From NCBI GenBank assembly GCA_964534775.1, contig CAZHPE010000005.1, forward strand, positions 1-35,610: a stretch of 35,610 nt of DNA, read 5' to 3'. Origin of the DNA: an uncultured candidatus Brocadiaceae bacterium. Its GTDB lineage: Bacteria > Planctomycetota > Brocadiia > SM23-32. Position numbers and translations under genes: made by a program. Within the stretch, counting starts at the first letter, position 1. Every line of letters begins with the position of its first letter. Of this stretch, positions 17,475 to 25,592 are shown piece by piece. The notes below the pieces were generated by a model, which was given only the letters and a program-made list of their open reading frames with translations, searched no databases and was not told where the DNA came from.

Positions 17475-19460
17475 TCAGGCGGTGCGGGCAGCCGTAGCGT
17501 CGCTCTCGGCAGCCGCTGGGTTATGGGGCAACAGGTTCTCGCCAAACCGCACCAACCTTGCGCTGTTGAAGATGACGATGAAAGAGCTCACAATCTGCAC
17601 GGCGGCGGCCTCGATCGGGCCAATAATCTTCAGCGCTGCCAACACGGCGAAGCCCAGCATGAAGACGAGGCCAATGCCGAGGTTCTGCAAGATGACGCGC
17701 TTGAGCTGGCGCGAGAGCCGCACCAACCACGGCAACCGCCCCAAGTCGTTGCTCATCAGGGCGATGGATGCGCTGCCGATGGCCACGTCGCTGCCGGCCG
17801 CCCCCATGGCGATGCCCAGGTCGCCGGCGACCAGCGCGGGGGCATCGTTGACGCCGTCACCGACCACTGCCACCGTGTTGCCTTCCGCACGCATCGCTTC
17901 GACCAGACGCAATTTGTGCTCGGGCAGACACTCCGCCTGCACTTCGGTGCAGCCCAGCTCGCCCGCCACCTTTCTGGCAACGCTCCAGCGATCGCCCGTG
18001 AGCATCGTCAGCCGCCGCACGCCCAGCTCCTTGAGCTCGGAGGTGGCCTGCTGCGCTTCGGGCCTGGCACGGTCCTCCAGCGCGATCCACCCGATACAGC
18101 GCCCGGCCCGGCCCACAAACAGCAGGCTCATGCCTTCGACTTCGGGGATCTTGTCGCGCGGGACGGTACTCATGTCGACACCCTGATCTTCCAGCCACTG
18201 GCCGCGGCCGACCAACGCTTCCTCCCCCCCCACCAGACCCTGAACGCCCCTTCCGGCGACCTCCTGCACACCGCTGGCCTCCAGCGGCATGATGTTGGCC
18301 CGTTCCGCCACGCCCACCACGGCGCGCGCGACGGGGTGACGGGAGTTCTGCTCCAGGGTAAGCGCCGTCTGCAGGAGCGTCGCGCCCTCCACCTGCGGCG
18401 CCGGCGATAGCCGCGTCACGGTCAGCTCGCCCGTGGTCAGCGTTCCGGTCTTGTCGAAAACCACCGCCGTAATGCTGCCGGCCACCTCCAGGTGGCCTAC
18501 GTTCTTCACAAGCACGCCAAGCCGTGCCGCCGCCGTGAGGCCGGCCACCATGGCCGTGGGCGTGGCCAGCACGAAGGCGCACGGGCAGGCCAGCACAAGC
18601 AGCGTGATGGCGAGCTGAACGTCACCGTCGGTCATCAGGTAGACCACGAAGACGATCATCAGAACCACGGGCGCATACCAGATGGCGTAGCGGTCGACCA
18701 GTTGCATCAGGCGTGTCTTGGTGGCCTCGGCCTCGAGGATCAGTCGCTTCACCTTGCCGAGAGTAGTGTCCTCGCCGGCGCGGATCACCTCGACGACGAT
18801 GGCGCCCGTGAGGTTGTGCGTGCCGGCGAAGACCTCCTCACCGGCCGCCTTGTCGGCAGGGAGGGACTCGCCGGTGATGGTGGCCTCGTCCATGGTGGTT
18901 TCGCCTTCGACTATGCGCCCGTCGGCTGGCACGCGGTCACCAGGGCGCAGGCGAATGCTGTCCCCGGGCTTCAACTGGCTCACATCTACTATCTCCCCGC
19001 CGACGAGTTCGGCCTTACGGGGTTGGAAGCGCATCAGTTGTTCCACGCTCGTGCGGGCGCCCTCAGCAGTGCGTTGCTCGATGAGGGTAGCCAGGAGCAT
19101 GAAGAGCGCCACTATGCCGGCCACGCGGTAGCCTGCGCCGCTGCCCACGGAGCCGGGCTCGCTCAGGGAAAAGGCCGCCAGCACTGCCAAGGCCACCAGC
19201 ACGGACATGTGCATCCTCCCGCTCGCCATCTCCTTCACGGCGGCCCGCACGATGAATGCGCCCAGCAAGATGGCGCCCAGCATGGCGCTGAAGGCCCCGA
19301 TCTCCTGCTGCCCCGGGAACAGGAACTTGTCGGCGAGCCAGGAGTTCAGGATGAGTACGCCACCGATGAAGGTGATGACGAGCTGGCTGTGCAAACTGCC
19401 GAAACGCGTTCGTTCGGCAGCGCCGCCTTCGATTGCGCTGGATGCCTGTACCTGGGACAC
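17475..19460 (-). CDS. P1B-type (heavy-metal) P-type ATPase lacking an N-terminal metal-binding domain, with a non-canonical TM ligand signature
   Basis: 'ITGESLP', 'ACPCAFVLATP' (CPC), 'DKTGTLT', 'SRHPVA' (HP) and 'GDGVNDAP'. Four TM helices precede the actuator domain and no CxxC/HMA domain is present. GTG start with a strong upstream AAGGAGAG. Confidence 0.9.
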   Translation of the reverse strand: MSQVQASSAIEGGAAERTRFGSLHSQLVITFIGGVLILNSWLADKFLFPGQQEIGAFSAMLGAILLGAFIVRAAVKEMASGRMHMSVLVALAVLAAFSLSEPGSVGSGAGYRVAGIVALFMLLATLIEQRTAEGARTSVEQLMRFQPRKAELVGGEIVDVSQLKPGDSIRLRPGDRVPADGRIVEGETTMDEATITGESLPADKAAGEEVFAGTHNLTGAIVVEVIRAGEDTTLGKVKRLILEAEATKTRLMQLVDRYAIWYAPVVLMIVFVVYLMTDGDVQLAITLLVLACPCAFVLATPTAMVAGLTAAARLGVLVKNVGHLEVAGSITAVVFDKTGTLTTGELTVTRLSPAPQVEGATLLQTALTLEQNSRHPVARAVVGVAERANIMPLEASGVQEVAGRGVQGLVGGEEALVGRGQWLEDQGVDMSTVPRDKIPEVEGMSLLFVGRAGRCIGWIALEDRARPEAQQATSELKELGVRRLTMLTGDRWSVARKVAGELGCTEVQAECLPEHKLRLVEAMRAEGNTVAVVGDGVNDAPALVAGDLGIAMGAAGSDVAIGSASIALMSNDLGRLPWLVRLSRQLKRVILQNLGIGLVFMLGFAVLAALKIIGPIEAAAVQIVSSFIVIFNSARLVRFGENLLPHNPAAAESDATAARTA

Positions 19461-19548
19461 TTCCCTCTCTCCTTTTTCTTCTTCAGATCGTCTCGTAGTC
19501 CATTTGCCGCCTTCGGCCGCGGCACTAGGGGCCGGGCACGCTCGCCTC

Positions 19549-20856
19549 TCAGTGCTGGTGTCCGCCCGCTTCCGTCGCCCCAGGCGCGCTCAACCGCTGC
19601 TGGGCCTCCTTGAGCCGATTCTTGACTGTGCGCGCCACGGGGGAGAGCTGTATTTCCAGCGTCTGACCGGGCCCCAAGACGTACGGGTCCTCGGAGGCGG
19701 CGAACAGTTCCACGATCATGCGGTTGTAACGCGTGCTGCGCAGGATGCTGGCCGCCTCAGGCGACTTGCCATAGGCCTCGCCAAGAGTCTGGACCATCTC
19801 TGCGTCGGCCTTTGCGGTGTTGACGAGCCGTGTGGCATAGCTCTCCGCCGCGCGCACGATCCGGCTCGCGCTGCTGCGCGCGCGCGTCAGGATCTGTTGC
19901 TCCTCGTTGTCGGCCTCGTGGATGCGTTGGGCCATCTGTGCCTGGGCGTCCCGGGCGGCGTCGAACGCCGCCTGGACTACCGGGGGCACCACCGGTCCCA
20001 GCGTAAGCTCGACGCCGGCGACCTTGATGCCGAGGGACTTGCTGTTGGCCCGGCGGTAGGCATCCAGTTCTGCCGTGATGCGGTTATGGATCTCTTGCTG
20101 AAGGGCAATTGTGGCACCGCCCGGGGTCCTGCGATACTTCTGCCGAACGTCCTCGATGGTCCAGGATCCGATGGTCTCGATGGTGCTCTGAACGGTAAAG
20201 CGCCTCAGCAACCACTCAGGGTCCTTCCGGGGCTCCCCGGGTTCCGGATCGGGGCCGATGAAGCCGAATGCATAGTCAAGCAGATCATCATCCTCGCCGC
20301 CTGCGGCGTAGCGCACCTTCAACCTGAGGTGGACGATGTTGGCATCGCCCGTGATGAGAAACCCGTCCGTCTTCACATCGACCGGGCGCTCGCTCGCAGA
20401 GATCCCCTGCTCGGCCATGAGCTCCATCTCCCTTTCGGTGCGGGCTCGCCTGAAGGGCATGAACTCCATATTCAGTTCAAGCGGCTCCTCTTTGGTGGAC
20501 ACGCGCACCACTTCTTCGCCCGGCCACAGGAAATGATATCCGCTCCCGGGCTCTATTACGTAGGACCCGTCCACCTTGACCGGCCGGCCGAACCGGAGCT
20601 TTATGTTCACCTCGTTCAACTGCACCCAGAACAGCCTCTGGTAGACATAGAAGCCCACCAGACCGGCCATCGCAACCAGCATGATCACGAAGGCCACGCA
20701 CGCCGCTTCGGAAATGGCGCGGGTGCCGATGTCCGCGGTGGCGTCATCTTCCGCGTCGTTCGGTTGCCCGACTTGCTCCCCGTCCTCGGGCGGCGCCTGG
20801 GGGCTTTCCTCCTCGCCGGCGCTTTCGGGTTCCGTCCAGTCGTCGGACATCGTCAT
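19549..20856 (-). CDS. SPFH/Band-7 protein, HflK-like, with an acidic N-terminal tail
   Basis: A single N-terminal TM helix ('ACVAFVIMLVAMAGLVGFYVY'), then an SPFH core including 'FLITGDANIV' and a coiled C-terminal region. The start overlaps the upstream gene stop (ATGA). An alternative ATG at 20850 has better SD spacing. Confidence 0.8.
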   Translation of the reverse strand: MTMSDDWTEPESAGEEESPQAPPEDGEQVGQPNDAEDDATADIGTRAISEAACVAFVIMLVAMAGLVGFYVYQRLFWVQLNEVNIKLRFGRPVKVDGSYVIEPGSGYHFLWPGEEVVRVSTKEEPLELNMEFMPFRRARTEREMELMAEQGISASERPVDVKTDGFLITGDANIVHLRLKVRYAAGGEDDDLLDYAFGFIGPDPEPGEPRKDPEWLLRRFTVQSTIETIGSWTIEDVRQKYRRTPGGATIALQQEIHNRITAELDAYRRANSKSLGIKVAGVELTLGPVVPPVVQAAFDAARDAQAQMAQRIHEADNEEQQILTRARSSASRIVRAAESYATRLVNTAKADAEMVQTLGEAYGKSPEAASILRSTRYNRMIVELFAASEDPYVLGPGQTLEIQLSPVARTVKNRLKEAQQRLSAPGATEAGGHQH

Positions 20857-21836
20857 TCCTCCCTTTCCTGCCCGGCATCGACGAGGGTGCCTTCGGCCCG
20901 GCCCTTGGCCTGACCGCCGCCGTCCGAATCGCTTCTCGTCAGCTCGTTGAACGGAGGCGTGAGCACATCGATGACCAGCGTCAGAGGCGTCCCTGCCTTT
21001 GTGGCGTTCCGGGAAATGGTCGTCAAGCTCTTCATGTTAGCCAGGAAGATGGCGAGCTCCGGTTCTTTGGCAAACACCGGGTTGAATTGGGATGCCTCCT
21101 TCTCAGCCTTCGCTTTGATCTGCTCGGCCTTCAGGGCTGCCTGTCCACGGATTACGTCGGCTTTCCTGAGGGCCTCGCTCCTGATGGCCTCCCGTTCGCT
21201 TTTGCCTTGCGCGATATACTCGGCGGCCCGAGCCTTACGTTCTTCCTGCATCCCCTCCAGGACTTTGCTGGTCTCCAATGGCGGTATGGCCATCTGCCGC
21301 ACGCCGAGCGATACGACCTTCAGGCCGTATCCGCGCTCATCCACGGCCAGGCGGACCGCCTCGTCGATGTCGGCCCTGATCTGATCGAACCGAAGCTCCT
21401 CCGGGTTTGCGCTCACCAGGTTCTTGAAATCGGCCCTGCCAATACGCGCGGACGTTTCCTCCGCGATGATGTCCTTGAGTTCCTGCGCCGCTTCCTCTTC
21501 GCTTTCCAGGCTCTTTACGAACTGGCGGGGGTCGGCGATTTGCCAGGCCGCATACATCCCGACGATGACTTGCCGCTGGTCCTGCAGTTGCGTCTGCACG
21601 GCCGGGGTTTCCAGCACACGAACGCCCTTGTCGTACTTGACGACCTTGTCGAAAGGGCGCGTGAACCGGAACTTCCAGCCAGCCTCGTTCTTGTCCATGT
21701 TGACTATTCGGTAGATCGCGCCGCGACGGTAGTGGACGGCAACCTCATTGCGCCGCACCTGGAAGGTGAACAGATAGACCACCAGCAGGGCGACGACGGC
21801 GGCCACGGCGATAAACGTTATCTTGCTGCTCTTCAT
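20853..21836 (-). CDS. SPFH/Band-7 protein, HflC-like
   Basis: N-terminal anchor 'ITFIAVAAVVALLVVYLF', then 'VRRNEVAVHYRRG...' as SPFH core and an Ala/Glu/Lys-rich coiled region. 327 aa, with 4-nt overlaps at both ends. Confidence 0.8.
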   Translation of the reverse strand: MKSSKITFIAVAAVVALLVVYLFTFQVRRNEVAVHYRRGAIYRIVNMDKNEAGWKFRFTRPFDKVVKYDKGVRVLETPAVQTQLQDQRQVIVGMYAAWQIADPRQFVKSLESEEEAAQELKDIIAEETSARIGRADFKNLVSANPEELRFDQIRADIDEAVRLAVDERGYGLKVVSLGVRQMAIPPLETSKVLEGMQEERKARAAEYIAQGKSEREAIRSEALRKADVIRGQAALKAEQIKAKAEKEASQFNPVFAKEPELAIFLANMKSLTTISRNATKAGTPLTLVIDVLTPPFNELTRSDSDGGGQAKGRAEGTLVDAGQEREE

Positions 21837-23812
21837 CGGAAATTCTCCTCGAGATTGATGCCGCCGGTAATGCCGGGCTGGGTTGTGGTCAGGTCAAGAT
21901 CCACGCCCACGTCCTTGCGAACGGGCAGCACATAGACCCTGTGTCCCCGCAGAATGTCTTCCAGCGCCCTAAGATACAGGCGATGAAGATAGACGCGGGG
22001 GGCCATACGATAGGTCTGGGCCTGGATGGCAAAACGCTCGGATTCGGCGCCGGCGACCTTCGAGAGGCGGGTGGCGAATTCGCTGGCCTCGCCGAGGATC
22101 CGCGCCTCCTCGCCCCTGGCCTCCCCGACGATTCTCGCTGCCTGACCCCGCCCAATGTGCTTGAGCTTCTCCATCTCCTGATAGGCGCTACCCACGCCTT
22201 CGAAGGCCCTGGCTGTTTCGTGCGGCGGATACACCACCGGAATGCCGGCGTAGACGATCTCCAGACCCATCCCGCGCTCGTGCAATTCCTTCTGCAGGTC
22301 GTCGCGGAATTGCTCGGAAATCTCCCCGCGCTTCACGTTCATCCACTCCAGGAAGTCTTGCCGCGCGGCTAGGCGCGTCAGCACGGCGTAGGCCAGGTTC
22401 TCAAGCAGCCGTTCCGGATCACGGTGATCGTAATAGAAGCGGTAGGCCGCCTTCTCATCGACCCCGCGGCCGTCGGGCGTTCTCTTGACGCGGTAGTGAA
22501 CCTGCGCCTCCAAGAAAGCGATGTTCACTGGCGGCGCATCGGTGTCTGCGCCCGCCTCCTCGCTGCCGGGGGACAGGAAGCTCACCTCGTAGCCGACGCT
22601 TGGTTCGATGTGCACCTCACCCCAGAGGAGGTAGTTGGGGTCGGTCATCTCCATTACGCCCGGCGGCAGGCGCCCGCCCCTCTCTCCCCTCTTGTATCGG
22701 TGCTTGCCGATGTCCTTGCGGAAGAGCCTGTAGGCCGGCACTTTCCTTGCCGTTTGGATAGGCCACGGCGCTTTGAATCGGACCCCGGAGGTGTAGACGG
22801 TGGCTTGGAACCCGCGCTCGGCGTCGGCCTTTGTCAGTATCGGTTTGCCGAACTGCTCGATGAAGGCGATCTCGTCCGGGTGCACTATCACCAAGCACGA
22901 GAGCAGCCACAAGGCAATGATCTGGACGAGGAAGAGCGGGATGATCGCGCGGCCCATGAACCGGTAGAACCACGTCTCCGAGACCTTGAAGCCGAACTGG
23001 TAGTCGAGCGTGGCCGCAATGGTCTTGAGCATGCTGCCGGGGGCGGCGATCAGCCCCAGAAGGCGGCTGTCGTAGTGCGGACGCACCTCCTGCCCGGGAA
23101 CCCTCGGGCGATAGATGTCCAACACCATGCTCAGAACGATCTCCACGGCGATCAGCCCCATCACGCCCGGCAGCAAGAAGGCCATCCCCGCTTCCAGCCA
23201 TCCGACACCGAACTGGACCATCACTAGCGAGCAAACCACCAGGAAACTGGATGCCGCGTTGCCGAGCATGAACGAGCCGGAGGCCCGCAGCAGCCTGAAC
23301 CGGGTGCTCTGGGCCAGCGCCACGCAGTACTTGCCGACCAGAAGCCCGAAGAAGGCGATCCCAGCCAGCCCTCCCACGCCCACTAGGGGATCCTTGATGG
23401 CCCCGATGTCGGGCGCCTCGCGCAGCGCGGTGCGCAAGCTCCAGTAGCAGAAGAACGCCAGCAGACCGCTTAGCACGACCGCGATGCCGGGCACGACGTA
23501 GCGCTCGAAAATGACCAAGCCGGCATGCTCTCGCATGCGCTCCACTTCCTGTTCGTCGAACAGCTCATCGCTCAGGCGCGTGCGCTGGAGCTCCTCCAGC
23601 TCCTCGCGCTCTTCCTGCGCCCGGCGTCGCTGACGCCCGTGCAGCATCACGACAATCCACAGCAGTACACCCGGCACCAGGAACCACGCCTGGGCCCGCA
23701 TCGCCAGGCTGCCGGTAATCACATACAGCGCGTAGGCCACGCCGGCAAATGCGACCTGCACCAATAGCCCGAACAACGCCGTGTGCTCCAAACGCTTCTC
23801 TCTAAGAGCCAT
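21833..23812 (-). CDS. Fusion protein: polytopic N-terminal membrane domain (~300 aa, ~7 TM) plus C-terminal SPFH/HflK-like domain
   Basis: The N-terminal helices are interrupted by the charged segment 'RQRRRAQEEREELEELQRTRLSDELFDEQEVERMRE'. The C-terminal 'IAFIEQFGKP...', 'FLEAQVHYRV' and 'ARIVGEARGEEARILGEASEFATRL' are HflK-like. Confidence 0.75.
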   Translation of the reverse strand: MALREKRLEHTALFGLLVQVAFAGVAYALYVITGSLAMRAQAWFLVPGVLLWIVVMLHGRQRRRAQEEREELEELQRTRLSDELFDEQEVERMREHAGLVIFERYVVPGIAVVLSGLLAFFCYWSLRTALREAPDIGAIKDPLVGVGGLAGIAFFGLLVGKYCVALAQSTRFRLLRASGSFMLGNAASSFLVVCSLVMVQFGVGWLEAGMAFLLPGVMGLIAVEIVLSMVLDIYRPRVPGQEVRPHYDSRLLGLIAAPGSMLKTIAATLDYQFGFKVSETWFYRFMGRAIIPLFLVQIIALWLLSCLVIVHPDEIAFIEQFGKPILTKADAERGFQATVYTSGVRFKAPWPIQTARKVPAYRLFRKDIGKHRYKRGERGGRLPPGVMEMTDPNYLLWGEVHIEPSVGYEVSFLSPGSEEAGADTDAPPVNIAFLEAQVHYRVKRTPDGRGVDEKAAYRFYYDHRDPERLLENLAYAVLTRLAARQDFLEWMNVKRGEISEQFRDDLQKELHERGMGLEIVYAGIPVVYPPHETARAFEGVGSAYQEMEKLKHIGRGQAARIVGEARGEEARILGEASEFATRLSKVAGAESERFAIQAQTYRMAPRVYLHRLYLRALEDILRGHRVYVLPVRKDVGVDLDLTTTQPGITGGINLEENFR

Positions 23813-23853
23813 GATTCCTATTCGTCCTCCCGATCGTAACGCCGAAACGCCAC

Positions 23854-25272
23854 CTATATGATCTCGCGCCCCTCAAACAGGAACGTCGCAAAACCCACCA
23901 TGGCCCCGCACCACAGAGCGGCGTACAGGGCCGCCTTGCCCACGTAGGGCCACGGCACGTGGGGGTCGGGACGAACGAGCTGGTCAGCCACCCAGAAGAG
24001 CTGAAATGACGGCAAGACGTGATAAGCGGTCCAAGCCGTCCACTTCCACCCTGTCCTGAGCCCGTAGCCCCAGCCTTTCTCGATACGCACTCCCGTGTAG
24101 TCCTGATTCGCCTCGTCCGATGCAAGCCGGGGGTAGGACCGCTTGTCCGGGCGGAAAACATATTCAGGAAGCCTCGGCGACACGCTGCCCCAACCGTCCC
24201 TCTTCACCCACGCGTCGTAGATGCCTCTGTCGTCGGTCGCGACACTCCCCGGCAGGCCGCTCATTATGACTCCTGCAATGCCCTCTCCCTCCGCCGTGCG
24301 CACCTGCCCGGAAACCTTTACCCTCTCCGCCTCGCTGTAGTCAACCTCCCAGCTCCCCCAAGGGGTGTCCACCGCCCATCCGAAGAGGTAGTGCGAGACC
24401 ATGCCGACAAAAAACACGGCGGTGCACACCAGCACGCCAGCCACCATGTTGAGTCGGGTGGAGGATGCCACCGCCACCGCCGACAGCATCCACACGCCCA
24501 GCGCGACCAGCACGGCTGCCGCAACCACGGGCCCGGCGTTCTTCTCCGCAAAGAGCTCCAACCCGTTCAGCGTCAAACTCGTGCCCTTGTGCCAGTCATG
24601 TTCGATTCCCACCACGCAGACGGCCAGAGTGGTAACCGTGTAGGTCACCAGTGCGGCCTTGACGGACGTGGAGGTGAAGTTCCAGCGGTAGAAGTAGTTC
24701 GCATACGTCGCCAAGGCCAGCGCCACTGCCATCGAACCCGCCTGGGCGACGAGAACCGGCCAATCCGGCTTCCAGCCCACGTCGTGAGGAACGTCCTGTC
24801 GCACGGCCAGAATGAGCATGATCCCCAGCAGGTAGCTGGCCGCCCACATCGCCCCGCTCACGCCCAAGAACTTGCCCGTCACCAGAATCAGCCGGCTCAC
24901 CGGCTTGCTTATGACGGCGCCGGCGGTCTTGACCTCGATCTCCCGGCTTACCACCTGCGTCGCGCTCACGACCGAGAGGATAAGGCCCACCATGAAAATC
25001 GTCCCGAGCCCCATGTCCACCAGGAGCTTCAGATCCGACCCGGTTTCCATGCTGAAAGCGGTTATCAGGGGGCTCAACGCTATCAGCACCATCCCCACAA
25101 GCAGCAAGATGCCGTACGCGGGCTGACGTGTGATCTCAGTGAACGCGTTCTTCGCTATGGCGTAGAGGCGGCTGAACAAATCTCCTGATCCTTTACCATG
25201 ACGCTTCTTGACCCTGTCATCGACGCTGGCAGCCGCATCCGTCGGCCCTGCTCGGCTTTCGCACGGACGCAT
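23854..25272 (-). CDS. ABC-2-like permease with an inserted CarboxypepD_reg-like beta-sandwich domain
   Basis: 'AIAKNAFTEITRQPAYGILLL...' is a typical ABC-2/NosY-like N-terminus. The insert 'VKVSGQVRTAEGEGIAGVIMSGLPGSVATDDRGIYDAWV' fits the carboxypeptidase-regulatory-like pattern (v.G.V.d..G.pi.gA.V......tD..G.Y). More TM helices follow. Confidence 0.7.
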   Translation of the reverse strand: MRPCESRAGPTDAAASVDDRVKKRHGKGSGDLFSRLYAIAKNAFTEITRQPAYGILLLVGMVLIALSPLITAFSMETGSDLKLLVDMGLGTIFMVGLILSVVSATQVVSREIEVKTAGAVISKPVSRLILVTGKFLGVSGAMWAASYLLGIMLILAVRQDVPHDVGWKPDWPVLVAQAGSMAVALALATYANYFYRWNFTSTSVKAALVTYTVTTLAVCVVGIEHDWHKGTSLTLNGLELFAEKNAGPVVAAAVLVALGVWMLSAVAVASSTRLNMVAGVLVCTAVFFVGMVSHYLFGWAVDTPWGSWEVDYSEAERVKVSGQVRTAEGEGIAGVIMSGLPGSVATDDRGIYDAWVKRDGWGSVSPRLPEYVFRPDKRSYPRLASDEANQDYTGVRIEKGWGYGLRTGWKWTAWTAYHVLPSFQLFWVADQLVRPDPHVPWPYVGKAALYAALWCGAMVGFATFLFEGREII

Positions 25273-25592
25273 GAACCTCCAACACGATGTGTGTCACAAC
25301 TGAGTGCTCAACCATAAGTTGTGCTGTCACCCGCTGGGTTCTGCGGTGCGACGTCTCCCGTCGGCGCTCGCTTAGTGCAACGTTGTACTCGTAATGTTCA
25401 GATTTCCCTGAACAACTTTGCTTGGTCCACTGGCCCGCGGCGTAAAAACCATGCCTCCGTTCTCGTGTCAACCGGCCGCATAGTGCGGCGTAGCATTGGT
25501 CATCCGCAGGGGTCTATGGCAAACTCGCGGGCCATGCCGGCCGCGGCGGCGGGCGATGCTGCTGGCGCGACAGGCGGCTCGCCTGAGATAGC

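Noticed and set aside
25443-25471. Minus-strand TTGACA-N17-TTTTTA as promoter of the membrane cluster.
   Set aside because: The -35 is perfect, but the -10 matches TATAAT at only 2 of 6 positions. This is too weak to report as a feature.
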